Shown here one piece after another: positions 13,651 to 27,272 of a DNA stretch of 64,000 nt; position 1 is the stretch's first letter, and each line of letters opens with the position of its first letter. The DNA is taken from positions 4,235,454 to 4,299,453 of the forward strand of contig NW_002060946.1 in the NCBI RefSeq assembly GCF_000150275.1, given 5' to 3'. The stretch is from Trichoplax adhaerens. Taxonomy: Eukaryota > Animalia > Placozoa. Below the pieces are notes generated by a model. The model was not told the DNA's origin and ran no database searches. It saw only the letters and a program-made list of their open reading frames with translations. The position numbers and the translations under genes are program-made.

Positions 13651-14459
13651 ATTAAAGGTCGTAGTTATTACAAAGAAAGCTCCATAAGTGTTGCTTCTGA
13701 CCGAAAATGTTCAACACAAAACCCTTACATAGAAAACGCACGTGAAAATCTCTAGACCTATTACGCAATTTCAGAATTAATTTCAATTGTCAATTGTAAA
13801 CTATTTAATTTTTTCCCTCAAATCAACCTAGTATGAGGTAAATTTTCAAGTCTTGAATTGACAACGCTCATAATCAAGCTTGATAACCGGAGAAATTTAA
13901 TCCTAAATCTGCTAATTTGACTCTGTAAAAAATCACAGGGTAAAAGGTTGATCGTTATTGGTGTTTATAAATTAAAGATTCCTTCCGAAAAATGTAACTA
14001 ATTAGGCCAGTTGTTGATGATCCTCTGAAGTTCTACTTGTAAATCAACGGTTGATATTATTTGGATTAATAATGTATGTTTCATAATGACCTTGACTAAT
14101 GGATCTTTCAAAAATTCTACTTGTTGGTCAACGGTAAGTAATAAAAATCAACATGTCATCATCTTGCTTCAAATGCTATCATCACGCCATCTCAGCTACC
14201 ATCAGGTTATACTGGAATTGTTGATAAAATACAAAAGTTTTAATAGCATTCTAATATTTATTTTTATTGCAATGATTGCCGGTCACTTTGGGAGAATAAC
14301 TCTACCCATGGAGTTATAATAACTTCGTAAACCACAGACGTTATTGGAGGAAGGGGTTGGCTTTGAAGGAAGGGGTTGGCTAAAGATATTGATTTTTCCA
14401 GACGGCTGTAATGAATAAAATTATTTACTTTATTGAATTGGGCTCTGCGGGTTAAAGCA

Positions 14460-15620
14460 GTCAACATGCAATGATATCTTATAGGATTGAAAAGAGAATT
14501 AGCAAGAGTTATTATTCAATGCAACTAAACCTGTCTTATTATAGTTAATATTGATCTGAAATTCTTCGACAGTAATTTTTTTATAATTAATCAAAATCAT
14601 TTCTAGCATAAGAGGGATTACCATCTAATAATGTATGATTGAAAAAGGAACAAGATGTGAGCGATAGGGGGTACTATTAACAGCCAGTACAACTAAAAGC
14701 TATTATGCTATAGTCAGTTATTGATCCAAAATTTTTAGACGAAAATTTTAATAATCGAAATGATTTTTTTACGATTAAATTTAATTCTACAGGTTAAAGT
14801 GATCAAAATATAATCATGACTTTGTGATTAATAAAGAGAGCAAGCTAAGATGTTGTTCAATGCGGCTAAAACCTATGTTATCGACAATGTAGATCCGAAA
14901 TTCTAGATAGCAATTTTTTTTTATGACCAAAATAAATCTCGCTGTTGAATTTGGTAGTACAGTTTAAATTGATTAAGATCCAATTATGTCTTGGATGATT
15001 GAAAAAGAGAATAAACTGTGATACGCGGTACTGCTAAATAAAACCAAAAGCTAAATATTCTAGTCAACACTGATTCCAATTTTTTTAGACTGTTTTCTAA
15101 TATTAAAAGGATTTTTACTATGCAATTTAGCTTTATAGGTTGAAATTATCAAGATCCAATAATGTCTTATAAGATTGAAAAGGAGAATAAGCTGAGGTAT
15201 TGCTAACTTCAAAAATGTTATAGACAATATGGATCCAAATTTCTAGGCAGCAAATTCTTTTTTATAATCAAAACTTTTTCCACTACTGAATTTGGCAGAA
15301 CAAATTAAAGTGATAAAATCCAATCGTGTCTTGTGGGATTGAAAAGGAGAATAAACTGCGGTAGGGGTAGTACTAAATACGACTAAAATGCTATAATATT
15401 CCAGTCAATGCTGATCCTACATTTCTAGACTGTCATTTCTTTTATAAAAAAAATGATTTATACTACGGGATATAGCAATACAAGTTAAACTGGTAAAGAT
15501 CCAATCACGTCTTCTACTGTATAATTACAAAGATTGAATAAGTGCTATGTTCTAGTTAGTATTTCTAGATAAAACGAAACCCTATCGTACATTAGACTAG
15601 GTTGATCCCAAATTTCTGGA
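14460..15620. repeat. Degenerate ~175-bp tandem array (about 7 copies)
   Basis: The anchor 'gattgaaaa(a/g)gagaataa' and variants occur near 14485, 14637, 14825, 14997, 15173, 15337 and 15531. Each is followed by a 'gatcc.aa.tttctag' motif. Confidence 0.75.
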
Positions 15621-15769
15621 TAGTCACTTTAAATTTTGTTGTCATGTCAATTTCTTGTATATCTATGAGAAAAATTTATCAGAGCTAATAAAGGATATAA
15701 AAAAATAACCCAATGCTCGTTTCCAGCGACATTGAAGAGTTTACAACTTGTTGATATTAGGTTGAAAAA

Positions 15770-16850
15770 ATTGAAATCAATTGAATATAAATTAACCAGT
15801 TTTACTGGCTCTGATCAATAGTATTTTCAGTCACTAGTTGATTCCTAAAGATTAGATATCAATTTAGAATAAATAAACAACTTTAGTACGCTTATGGTCA
15901 ATTTTATAATTGAATACCACCGCCATTTTATCGTCCACTGTTCTCTGATCGATAAAATTACTTAAGTCACCGGGTTGTATTCTAAAGGCTCTATTTCCAT
16001 TTAGAATAAATGAACTATTTTACGCTTATGATCAATTTTATAACTGAACACTGTAGCCATTTCATCGTCCACTATGCGTAGTCCCATTCTAAATATTTAG
16101 TATCAATTTAGAATAAATGAACTATTTTGCACTCATGATCAATTTTATAGCTAAACACCGCAGCTATTCTAATGTTCACTAAAATAACCTAATCTCTTAA
16201 GAGTATTATGCAGCCGCTGAGTTAAATTCTAAAGAATTGAAATCAATTTAACTAAATGAACCATTTTAGGCTCATGCAATACCCGATTATCCTCACTCAG
16301 TCACTGAGCTCGTTCATTTCTTTTGAATTTAATAAACCATTTTAGGCCTATTCTAAAACTACCGGATCAACAGTATCACTCAGTCGCTGACTTTCGTTTT
16401 AAAAGACTCTGTATCAGTTTACAATAAATGAACGACCTTATGATCAATTTGATAGTTAAATACCGTAGCTATTCCAAAGTTTGCTCTATAACCTGATCAA
16501 CAGTATTACTCAGTCACTGATTTTCGTTTTAAAGACTATGTATCAATTTACAATAAATGAACGACCTTACGATCAGTTTTATAGTTAAACACCGTAGCTA
16601 TTCCAATGCTTGCTATATAACCTGATCAACAGTGTTACTCAGTCACTGTGTTTAATTGGAAATACCTGATCGACCGTGTTACGGTGCTTAATCATTCAGT
16701 TCAATTTAGCATGCACGAATTATTTTTACTTAGCATTCATTTCAATGAAACAGTTTAGGCCATGATCAATTTATAATAAAACACAGCAATTCCACAAGCT
16801 CACTACCATTACCTGATCAATTGTATTACTCACCAGTTTAAGTAGCTTGA
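15770..16850. repeat. Degenerate ~120-bp tandem array (about 8 copies)
   Basis: 'tatcaatttagaataaatgaac...atgatcaattttatag.taaacaccg.agctatt...acctgatcaacagtattactcagtcactg' recurs. The copies at about 16410 and 16540 are nearly identical. Confidence 0.8.
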
Positions 16851-19800
16851 ATTTTGACTTTGTCGTTCAAGTTATTTTCAATCGATGCGATTGAAAACGT
16901 AAGCGAGAAAGAGCAAATTAACGGATCGATCGATCAGTATCACTTTTCCACTGGTTTTTCTCGACAGGAAAATCAGAGAGGCTCGCCCAAGGGGTAAAAT
17001 TGGAGACAATAAATTGTTACGTGAAATTTCTGTTGCAAGACCAGTCTTGGTTAACGAATGGCTAATACCTTTGCATTTAAAAGCTAATATCGTTGTTGTT
17101 CAACTTGTTTCGATGTACTGTAAAATAACTTGATAGATAAGAAGAAATATTACAAGGATTTCAACATTCCATTGACAAATTTCTGACTGTATAGGCTTAT
17201 TTCTATCGCTTTACCTGGTCTACTTATCATCCACTTTTATCTACTAGAAAGATATTACGTTCATTCCGATGATATCGGTACGCAAATATCGTCAATGTTG
17301 ATGACGTGATGATCATCGAGCTGGTAGTGATGCATGTGCCAACATGCATCATCATATAATTAAGTGTAAGAGAATTATTTTTCCTTCCGCCCAACCTTTC
17401 CTGAACATTCCATAACTATTACTATTATCTGTATCCAATGAAGTTATTAGAATAATAAAATATGAGCTTATTTTAGCAACGACGTCTTATATGAGCCATT
17501 TCTGACTGACGATTTACTGAATATATCATTGTCCATATGAATAAAATAATCCTTTTGCTTGTAATCATGCTTGATGTTTGTTGTAGACTGTTAGAATATC
17601 GAACAGTTATTCTTGAACTATTTGGGCAGAATATAGATTGATCAATATACAGCAGATACCCATGCAAAATTCATTGAACCACTTCCTCTTGCATCATAAT
17701 GATATTGCAGTTTTTAGATTTGCACGAATAGAGTATTACATGGGGAAGTGATTTTTTTTATGAACTAGTTTGGTAGAACATGGATTGGTCAAGATAGATA
17801 CTAATGCAACATTAATGGAGTTCCTTCCTCTTGCCTAGAATCTTATGATTGTAGTTCGTCATTTTTTGGACGAAAAAAGTAGAATAAGAAGGAAATGATT
17901 TCACCAATGACTCTAGCCATGAAATTTGTCTACCGGTCAGATAAAAGGTCAGAAACTTTGCTACTGAAATACCCCTACTTATTCAAGCCTTCCGCATAGT
18001 TTTCTTTTTACATGCGCTTGATAGTTTTATGAAAAACTTCTAAATAAACAACGGAAATCAAGCAATGATTATCCAGTCAAAATATTCCCACTGGAGGTAA
18101 GTGATGAATACGATACTATATAGAGTAATGTGGTAATTTCATATATAATTGATCACCAAAACATTAAGGCAACGATGGCTTCAATTTTAAATACTAGATG
18201 ATGCCTGTAGTCTATGGATTTATAGACGCGCTTACTCGTATCTTAAAGTTGTTGTTATAATATACATGTACAGTTCCCTACACCGTTTCCGTGAAATGTC
18301 CAAAGCCAATCAACGATACAGTATAGCTATCGATTCGTAACTGTAAACAAGGACTCCAGCATCATCAAGGATTGCCTGCAATCTCCTATTTTCAATACCT
18401 TTGTTCGTCACCTATGGAAAGAGTAACAACTTTCAAATTGCCCTACTGGCGTAGGATCAAATCGTCCACACAGAAGCAATGTCGTTGTGTTATTTAGCGA
18501 TTTGCAGTATTCAGAATTAAAAGTACTACCCAATACTTTGACTGTCAGTAAGGAAATTACATGTCGATATAGATTCAATATCATTCAATTATTTTACAGT
18601 TCACCTTTGACCATGGTATTGTCGTTCAAAGTGAAAGAAAATTTCTCCTATCTACCGTACAAAAAATGCTCCAAAAGTACGACTAGCCATCGTTTTGACT
18701 GCCAGCGAAAAATTTGCATGTCAGCATAGAGTCCATTTCTGCATAAATGTCCTATCGTTAACTGATAGCGCTTTTATGGTTGATAAATATATTTCATCCA
18801 GATAGTTTACGTATGTGGAATTGACATAATTATAATAACAGACTTTTTACTGCCATAATTAATTAATTACACGTCATGCAGATACAGTACATGTAGTGCA
18901 TGCCAAATAAACTCCACGGTCTTATTCTCATTTTATTTCACATTTGAAAGGTATTTTAGCTTGCAAGCGATCGAAATACAATATTTATTGTATCTACCAA
19001 ATGAACGTAGCAGCACATCAATGAACAGCAATCATAATGGATGAAATTAGCTCATTTTCAATATACCGTATATTCAGTAAGGGATGAAGAAGTAGGTAAT
19101 CAGTATAATGGGGACATTGTACAATTTCAGTTGCTGGTCTCTCCAATCTACAGTATTAATTAAAATACAGTCATCATCAAGCGAAAATGCGTCTAGTATG
19201 CATAACACATTTTTGCTATCAAAACTATTCGTCATCGTCATAAAATAACTGGTTTATCCAGAATAGAAAGGCAATTGATACTGTTGCAATATTTATTACT
19301 ACACAGTACAGTACTTTAGAAACCTTTAAGCTAACGATTTGTAATCTAATCTTGTTGACGTCAAGAGCATACCAAGTAATCGCTAGATAACTGCCACAGA
19401 TTAATTGGGTACACGTCAGTAGTACTGTACTGTATGGTATCATTATCGTCCATAAAAATAGAAAGAAAATGAAAATTTATTTGTGCTACTCTGTATTATT
19501 ATCTTGCAATGTAATGCAAGGTTTTACCCAGTGACGATTTTTACTGTATTATCACTAAAGTGATGAAAGTATAAACTGATTTTATTGAAAATTGCTAACT
19601 GGCTACATACCTGGAGCAAAATATTTTACGTTACAAATGGCAACGATTTTATAATCCAATTTGGGTCCATATTCGTCCTCTGAATCACCTCTCGCTTTGA
19701 TCGATAAAAGAGCACTTTGTACTAGTGAGAACAACATTGCCCAGTGGCCATTTTCTAACCTTGGTATTAAGAGATTTTTCTTTGGTTTCGATACATTTAA

Positions 19801-21484
19801 CTCACAATGATTACGCAGAATATTTGATTCACGACTGAATTTGTAGTTTACCTTGATTTTGCGTAAACCATGGCCTCCATTATAAAGTTAAAACGCAGAG
19901 GTATATTTCGACTTCTATTTTTTAACATTTCTCGTTGATTAAACACCAATTCATACAGGTCATCGTTGCGTTATCACTTTAGCTTAGAAGATTTCCACCT
20001 TGCATTTTAGCGACAATGCTAATTCCAAGTCTGTACAGTAACAGGTGTAGGCTGGAGGTAATATAGGGCGTCTAATCCTTTCGGTTTACTGGGTCTATTT
20101 CTATTTGATGATTGCAAAAGTCTACACTTGCCTAGCAGAGCCTCCCTTCCTAAAACTCAGTAGTGAGCTTATATCGATAACTAACGAAGAGTTATGAACA
20201 TCTAGTGGGATTCAAATATTTAAAAATTATCGTCCCAATTCTTCACTGTCAGTAGAGGTTGCTGCAAGGCTTACGGTGCTTGTACTTTATATCTCTAACT
20301 AGTAATTTAGTTGTGATAAGCCGTGTAGGTTCACTGCTGTTCGCCAAGCAAAATTTACCACATTATGCAGCTAAAGTTAAATAAATAAGATGAGAGAACT
20401 AGGCAAGCTATGGCTGATGCAAGCTTGGCTTGGGAAAGAATGAATTTGGATTTGGCGATATCCGAGTGTCCGTTCGTCTACTGTAAATCCGGCGCTTTAC
20501 AGATCACCCATACTCTCCGCACATGGACCGAAATGGAAAGGATGTTGGAAAAAATTCCTGCTAAAATTCGCTACTTATACCTTAAGCAGTAGAGAATATT
20601 CTACCTCTGTGGACGAAATTGATTTTTAAGCGCAAGAATTTGTCGAGATGGATAAATTCGTGCATGCATCCATAATTTTATGCTAAAAGCATATTAATAA
20701 CATCACGGATAAGGAGATTAAAGGGAACGAGCACTAATGCATCTTTCAGAAATTGCAACGCATTAGGAGATCGCTGAATAAAATCACCAAATTCACGACG
20801 ACGTTAGGATTCATATTTTTTATTATGGTTATCATTACTATCGAGTACAGTAGTGTAAAGATTTTAAAATTTATACGTAGATGATAATAGGCATCAGCCT
20901 TTCCCTTTAGGGCATATTGGTAGCCTGTTGCTTCGTGCTAACTAAATAAATTATGGACCGTATTTATAGTGACATTATATAGTCGACTATGCTCATCGTT
21001 CATAGAATATGTTTGCTATTATTTTAATTGCAATGCAAGTGTTGCACCGGCTAATAATAAATAATAATAGTAACGTCTACACTACATACTGTTCACATCA
21101 CGGTTTGTCGGTTTCTACATACCAATTCTTGGATTGGTAGCACTTGTAAATATCAATTCGGATTCAACATTTCTGCATTAGTTATAATTCTGTTCATAGA
21201 TTAAAGATTGCAATACCGTTCCTACTAGTACTGTATAATATGAATATGAGGTAGTAATTGTACGCTTACCTACAGTATTAGCTGTATTATATTATGCTTA
21301 CACTAAACGGAATACTAACAATGGCGCAATATCTACCGGGAATAGAAATATTTTCGCATCTATAATATCATCTTGCGCCTTCATAATGACGAAAACATAG
21401 TGATACTAAAAGCTTCATACTTAATGGCAATTTAGCTACTGGTACTACCTATAAATGCTACGAAAAAGAAATGACTAGTTTCAG

Positions 21485-24292
21485 TTAAACAGGCGTTTTA
21501 GGATATTGTGAAGGAGTGGGCTTATTCAACATTTTTTCTTTGTAGTATTGCTTGCCGTACAGTATACTATCGACTAAAAATAACAGCATGGTCAGGAATC
21601 CAAATGCCTAAAAAAATAGTTCATTATTAGATCGACATAAAATGATTATTATACGCACTTGATAATGATCATGTCTATCGTTTATGATACATTAAATACA
21701 GATATACTTTATACCCTGTTACTTGATGTGTTGGATAAATAATTTATGACAATTATAGTAAATAGTTCGTTGTGAAATTCACCACCGCAAGCAATGGTGT
21801 CTACAAGCATTCAGAAGCTGTTCGCTTTTCGAAAAGTACCTACTCTAACAGTTTCACCATCCAGTAACATTTTACGACTGAATAGTGATTTTTTAGTCCG
21901 GCTTACTGTATCAACTTCGTTGTAATGTACCATTGTCTTACTATACTATTTCGTCCGTTGAACTAGTATCACCGACCAGCATTTACCATCGTCAATTTTA
22001 CTAATACAACGAAACGATAAGTTAATTATAAAAGTCATTAGGAAATACTACAAACCGATGCAGTCTCCAAGATTCCTTGCCAATCATCCCAAGAACCTGG
22101 CACGGTAACAGTGATATTGGCTATTAAGGAAGAGCCAACTAACCAGAAAATGACCATAACTGCTGAGATAATTGAATTCTGCAAGAAATAGGATTAATCG
22201 ATCAGATAAATCTCGTTTCTACATAGCAAAACGAAGCCTTCGTGTCTCAATCACATCGGATATTCACAATCGTACTAGTTTATTGTAATTTCCAGTAGGA
22301 TATTAAAGAAAAGATGAAATCAACGACAATTAGCAAGTGATGACTTTATAATTACAGTTCAATTTGCAAAATAGATTCGCTAATATTTACTTACAAACGT
22401 TAGCCAATGAGAACTAGAGGCAATTGCAAGGTTTTTGTACGCAGCTACAATATGTATTGCACAATCGGCGGTACAATATAGCCATGTTATGACGCCAGTA
22501 AATATAAAGAAGCCGACATCATTAGGTCTAATGGTATAATGTGGCATGTGTTGATACTTTGATCTCCAGGATGCTGTCAGACAAAACGATAGGAAGCTAA
22601 ACATCTTGGAAAATAAAGGTAGTTTAAATTAATATATTGTACGCATAAGAGTGCATTACGACTGGTCATCTTCACCCAGTTTGCTATTACCAATACAGCA
22701 ATGCGAGCAAAATGATAGCAATTAAACAGATACTGATGAAATAGAGTGGATGCATTTAATTCTTGCTCCTATGATGTCCTTCATCTTTTCATTTGGGCAC
22801 ATTTGGTATTCTGTCGATTTGAATTTTTACATCTTTCAACCTTTACTAGACGATACTACAACGCATTGCATGCAAACGTTTGGTATAAAATCGGTTTAGG
22901 ATTTCTACTATGCTCTGTACGTATGAAGCGCAATAAATAAAATTTTAATCAAATTAATACATGTAAATGAAAACCTAGTGCCATGACAAGTTGATATCTC
23001 GACTTTGTAAATGCATTCATTCGATGTCAAGACGCAGCTGCTTGTCATCGCCAATTTACGCATATTCTTAAACTTGTTCTGTATAATGTACAAGTAGTCA
23101 TGTAGACTCAGTGTATATACAGTATATACCTTGAGAACGTGTGTGTATGCATGTATTACTAAATTTAGTAACTCCATCATTTAGCAACAAAGAAGTCGTG
23201 CGTTCAAATATGAGACAGGGTCATGAAATGGAAGAAATCTTGCATGAGACTACTAGTCTTACTGCAGAATTCATGACAGTCCTATACGCAGCAGTAGTGT
23301 ACACAGGTATCTGACTACAAGAGCGTATATTGTGTGATGCTGTATGGGGCGCTGTACAGTATCATATAACACATTGCAATTTAGCGCTGGCGAGCTTAAC
23401 CCTATGCTAAACTTTCCAGCAGTTAAAGATTGCTTTGCAGCATACTCAAATGCTTACTAGATTTGTATATAAATATATATTACTCTCTATCGCTATGAAT
23501 GATGCAGCAGTCATGATCATCGGTGTATTCAAAATGGCTTTACAGTCTATTGCAAATGTCCTGTATGGCCATATCAAAATAGAATAAAATGAGTTTCAAC
23601 TTGTTGTACCGAATTTCAGACAGACACGAATTTCGCATAACAATTGGTACGAACAGTAAAGAATGATACTAATGATATATTAGGATCATTGTAGAATAGA
23701 AAAATGCGCGTACGACGATAATTATAATTGATGTGAAGAATATGCATTCAAGAGGTCCTACGCGTACTTGAAAAGTATGCAAGCTCATAAGCTCAACAAG
23801 TCAATCTGACGGACTTTTTATATCTCGTACGCGTGGTGGTACTTACTGTCTTGATTGGACAGTATCGCTCTATGATACTAATCATGATAAAATGATTACA
23901 CTTCTATGATCATTACAAGCAAATATTGGATGTTTTGAAGCATACGATATCAATGTAAGTTGATCATAGAGCATTATTGGTCGTCCAATTGAAATCGGTG
24001 TACTATACTACTCGTGTACTTTAGAAATTACCAATTCTAGGATTTTAAGTATTCCTTCAATTTTTCGACAATACTGCCAACCTACGACAATGGACTTCCT
24101 AATTGGGAACTCAGGAATGCCTTCGCCATTTCTGTTAGGGTCGTCAATAACTGTGGTTACTATTTGCTCTTGACTTTGATTTGGATCGGGAATTTGGGCC
24201 TCAGCTTGTATCACTGGTCCTTCCCTCAATGGAGGCTGTTTGGAAGTATCTAATTCATCTTCATTTAATAACTGTTTATGCGGTATCGACAT
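21485..24292 (-). CDS. Second MARVEL-domain tetraspan protein (CMTM/plasmolipin-like), ~238 aa. Exons: 24032-24292, 22395-22604, 22056-22178, 21485-21607
   Basis: GT-AG introns, all phase 0: MSIPH...WQYCRKIEGILKILEL|MFSFLSFCL...VGFFIFTGVITWLY...HWLTF|NSIISAVMVIFWLVGSSLIA...LETAS|AFGFLTMLLFLVDSILY...*. 'GILKILE' and 'SAFGFL..LLFLVD' are typical MARVEL motifs. Confidence 0.9.
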
Positions 24293-27130
24293 CACGGCTT
24301 CCGGTAGAGTATTTGCGATATCGTCACTTAGGCGTAGAGTAATGTTTCAAAATTGCAAAGTTCAGCTCTTCACTGCACAACTCTGTAGAAAGAAAAAAAT
24401 GGAATCCCAGTCGCTTTCAAGTTTCAACCAGTGAGAATCGTTGCCTGTTGATCAAGGTGAAATCTCCTCTGCAGAAATTTTCAATTTTCACAGCAATGGC
24501 AATCACGCTACCATGACGTAAGAGCAGTACAGCTGTGTAATGTGTAGGCAGTATTTTACCGTATTGTACTGTACAAGTCCATAGTACTCATAGGGTTAAG
24601 ACCTTTGATTCTGTACTACAGTACTACGTACGGTAACACGGTAGAGTACAGTATAGGGTTACCAAACCTTCATTTTTACTTTGTACTGTAGCGTCTGGCG
24701 TACTTTAATGAATCATGGCGATGAAAGTAAACGTCGTAGGTGAATTTAAATGGCAGATTCGTGTAAATGAACTCTTTCTCTATCGATTGATATGAAATTT
24801 GTTCCAAGAAAAAAATATTGGATCCACCTGTTTGCACAAAAATCATAGAAATTAGCCTGTCCACACTGTACTGTCCTGCACAGCATTCCAAAAGTACTAC
24901 GATAATACTGTAGAGATTTCAAGCTTCTAACCAATTTTACGGGAAAAGTATAGAATATCTAGAGAAATAAGAACCAAATTAGCATTCTTGAGTTATTAGG
25001 CTACAATCAAATATAGAACTTATCTAGTTTGGGCCTGGTTTAGCTTATACAATTATATGTTTTCAGGGTGCCATCGAAAATAATCACACAGTATAGTCCA
25101 CCACTGTACTGTTGGACAGTGGCAGACGAGGGCCTGCAAAAAAGACACTATGCCCGTCTTGTGCAATGGAGTGAAAAGGCAACCTGGACCCGATCAAATT
25201 GTTGAATTTTCCAAACCCGAAGTGAACGCAATCGCTATACAAACACTGTATTACCACAGAAATTCTGAACTCCAATCCCGCTCTCGAGTCGGATTGAAAT
25301 CGGGTTTCAGGTTGATTTTGCACATCCCTGCACGATGCAAAAGAAACTGATACTCGTCTCGACACTATTGTACTCCACTGTACTTCAAGGTAGTTTGACC
25401 TTGTTGCGAATGGATTACTTTTAAAATGAGTCAAGTTGAGCAACTTTATAAAATGGTAGCATGATGCTTTGACGATGACGCTGGCCTATGGTGGCTGCAA
25501 TAGACGTGTTCAGAATTCACCAAATTAACAAAAAAAGTCATGCTTAGACAATCCCATATATGCTTGTCAAAGCATGACTTTTTACTATAACTGGTGTACT
25601 CTTTGTATATCGCCATCATAGACAGAGTACAGCGGTACTTACCAACGATGAACAACTTGTCATTTGAACTTTTACGGTCACATGAGATAGCTATGAAATA
25701 CTAGTCTCTGTTAATTATAACTTTGTCATTGCTATTTTTGTAATTATTGTAATTACAGTGACATTTCTGTTGGTACTATCAGAATCACTGACACTACTGA
25801 AAATTCCCCTAATTATACAGTATACCGTAGTAATCATCACCAATAGAATGGTATCGTAAACGCGTGCAAAATGCCCTACTGCAAAGGCAAAACAAGAAGG
25901 TAAATCATTGTGATCGTGCCGCCCACTGTTATTAACAATCACGTCGACATAAAAATTTTCACACACTTTGCTTAACTACTCTGCAAAACGTACCAAAAAT
26001 AAATTATGCATTAGCACAGAAAGCTGACAACCAATTAGCTTTCGGTGGTGGAATAAAATGCCTTGGTATGGTATTGGTATAGCGAGTCTGATATCCACCC
26101 TACGTGCGATCAAGTTAGATCAAGTAGACCTGTTGACGATATGATGATGTTGAGTAGAACATCAACTAATATTCTAACTATGACAACTTTCATTCGCATG
26201 GCATGTGCTACGTAAAATAAATAAATAAAGAAATAGTTTGTCTTGCAGTACTAACGCAGAATAACAGCACAATTCCCGCAAAGTGCAGGGATCTGTAACG
26301 TAAATACTGTCGATTAGGTAGCCTATTTTACAGGAAATTCAAGCTAGTAAATTGAAATAAAAACACTTTTTGCGCTTGCAATATTGCTGTATACAGTACG
26401 CGTATATTGAAATCTTCAATAGAGGAAAGATTGACTAGCTTATGCCTGCTAGAAAACGTTCAATACCAGTACACTTGTACTAAACTTGTACGAAATGGGC
26501 CAAGTTGACTCGAGAAAAGACTTTTAACGATCGATGTTTGCCAATATCATACAGTTATAATTAATGGTTTACAACTTCAACTTAGCAGTCGACAATAAAA
26601 ACAGAAAGCTACAGATGGTAGAGAGATTCGTCATGACTATTTTTAATTCATAATAAGATACTGTAATACTAGTTTGATCAGTGCTTTAAATAGTGCGATT
26701 ATGTATCACCATGTAAATGCCCTTTTTCATTTTATTTGTAAACATAGATTAGACCAGGGTCTGCTGATATCTACCGGACTGTTGATGAACTATTTTCAAC
26801 ACAGTAAGAGACACGACCCATAATTCAAAACATAAAATGGCAGGATTAATTATTATGTAATTACAATTACCATCAGTCTGCGGATATCATGCAGTATCAT
26901 AGTAAGAAAAAATACCTCTATGGCCAGAGCGCTGACTTCTCGTGCAGTCATTTTGCGCGGTTGGGTGTCAAATAGTGGCATAGATAGCCTGTACTGTAAA
27001 TTACTAAGCTTAAGAGTTTATTTTTTCCCCAAGTCATGATTATGCAATAATACTCTTATAGATAGTGGACACGATCACAACAGTACTTGGATATTAAATT
27101 GGTGTATTCTACTAGTCATGGCAGCACTGG

Positions 27131-27180
27131 CGTCAAGTCGATTCGTTAACTTACGATTTGGTCCCTAGATACCTATATAA
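27131..27180 (+). promoter_or_regulatory. Putative core promoter of secreted gene 1: conserved 24-mer plus TATA-like box
   Basis: cgtcaagtcgattcgttaacttac (27131-27154) is identical to 31801-31824. It is followed by tatataa about 100 bp before the ATG. Similar tatataaa boxes lie about 100 bp upstream of the genes at 35073 and 44766. Confidence 0.55.
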
Positions 27181-27272
27181 CTGCGGTCTCCTTCATGCAT
27201 TGATCCATTCAAATTCACCATTCAAATTGTGGCATACGAAAAAGTTGATCAAGCAAAAGAAAAAGACTGAAA

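Noticed and set aside
18240-20600. Slightly GC-richer stretches with short ORFs (18487-18729, 19225-19443, 20410-20592)
   Set aside because: No recognisable motifs or consistent splice chain. They may be decayed coding or TE sequence, but I cannot support a call.
25446-25966. Minus-strand ORFs of 69 and 83 aa
   Set aside because: Non-ATG starts, no family motifs and no convincing exon linkage.
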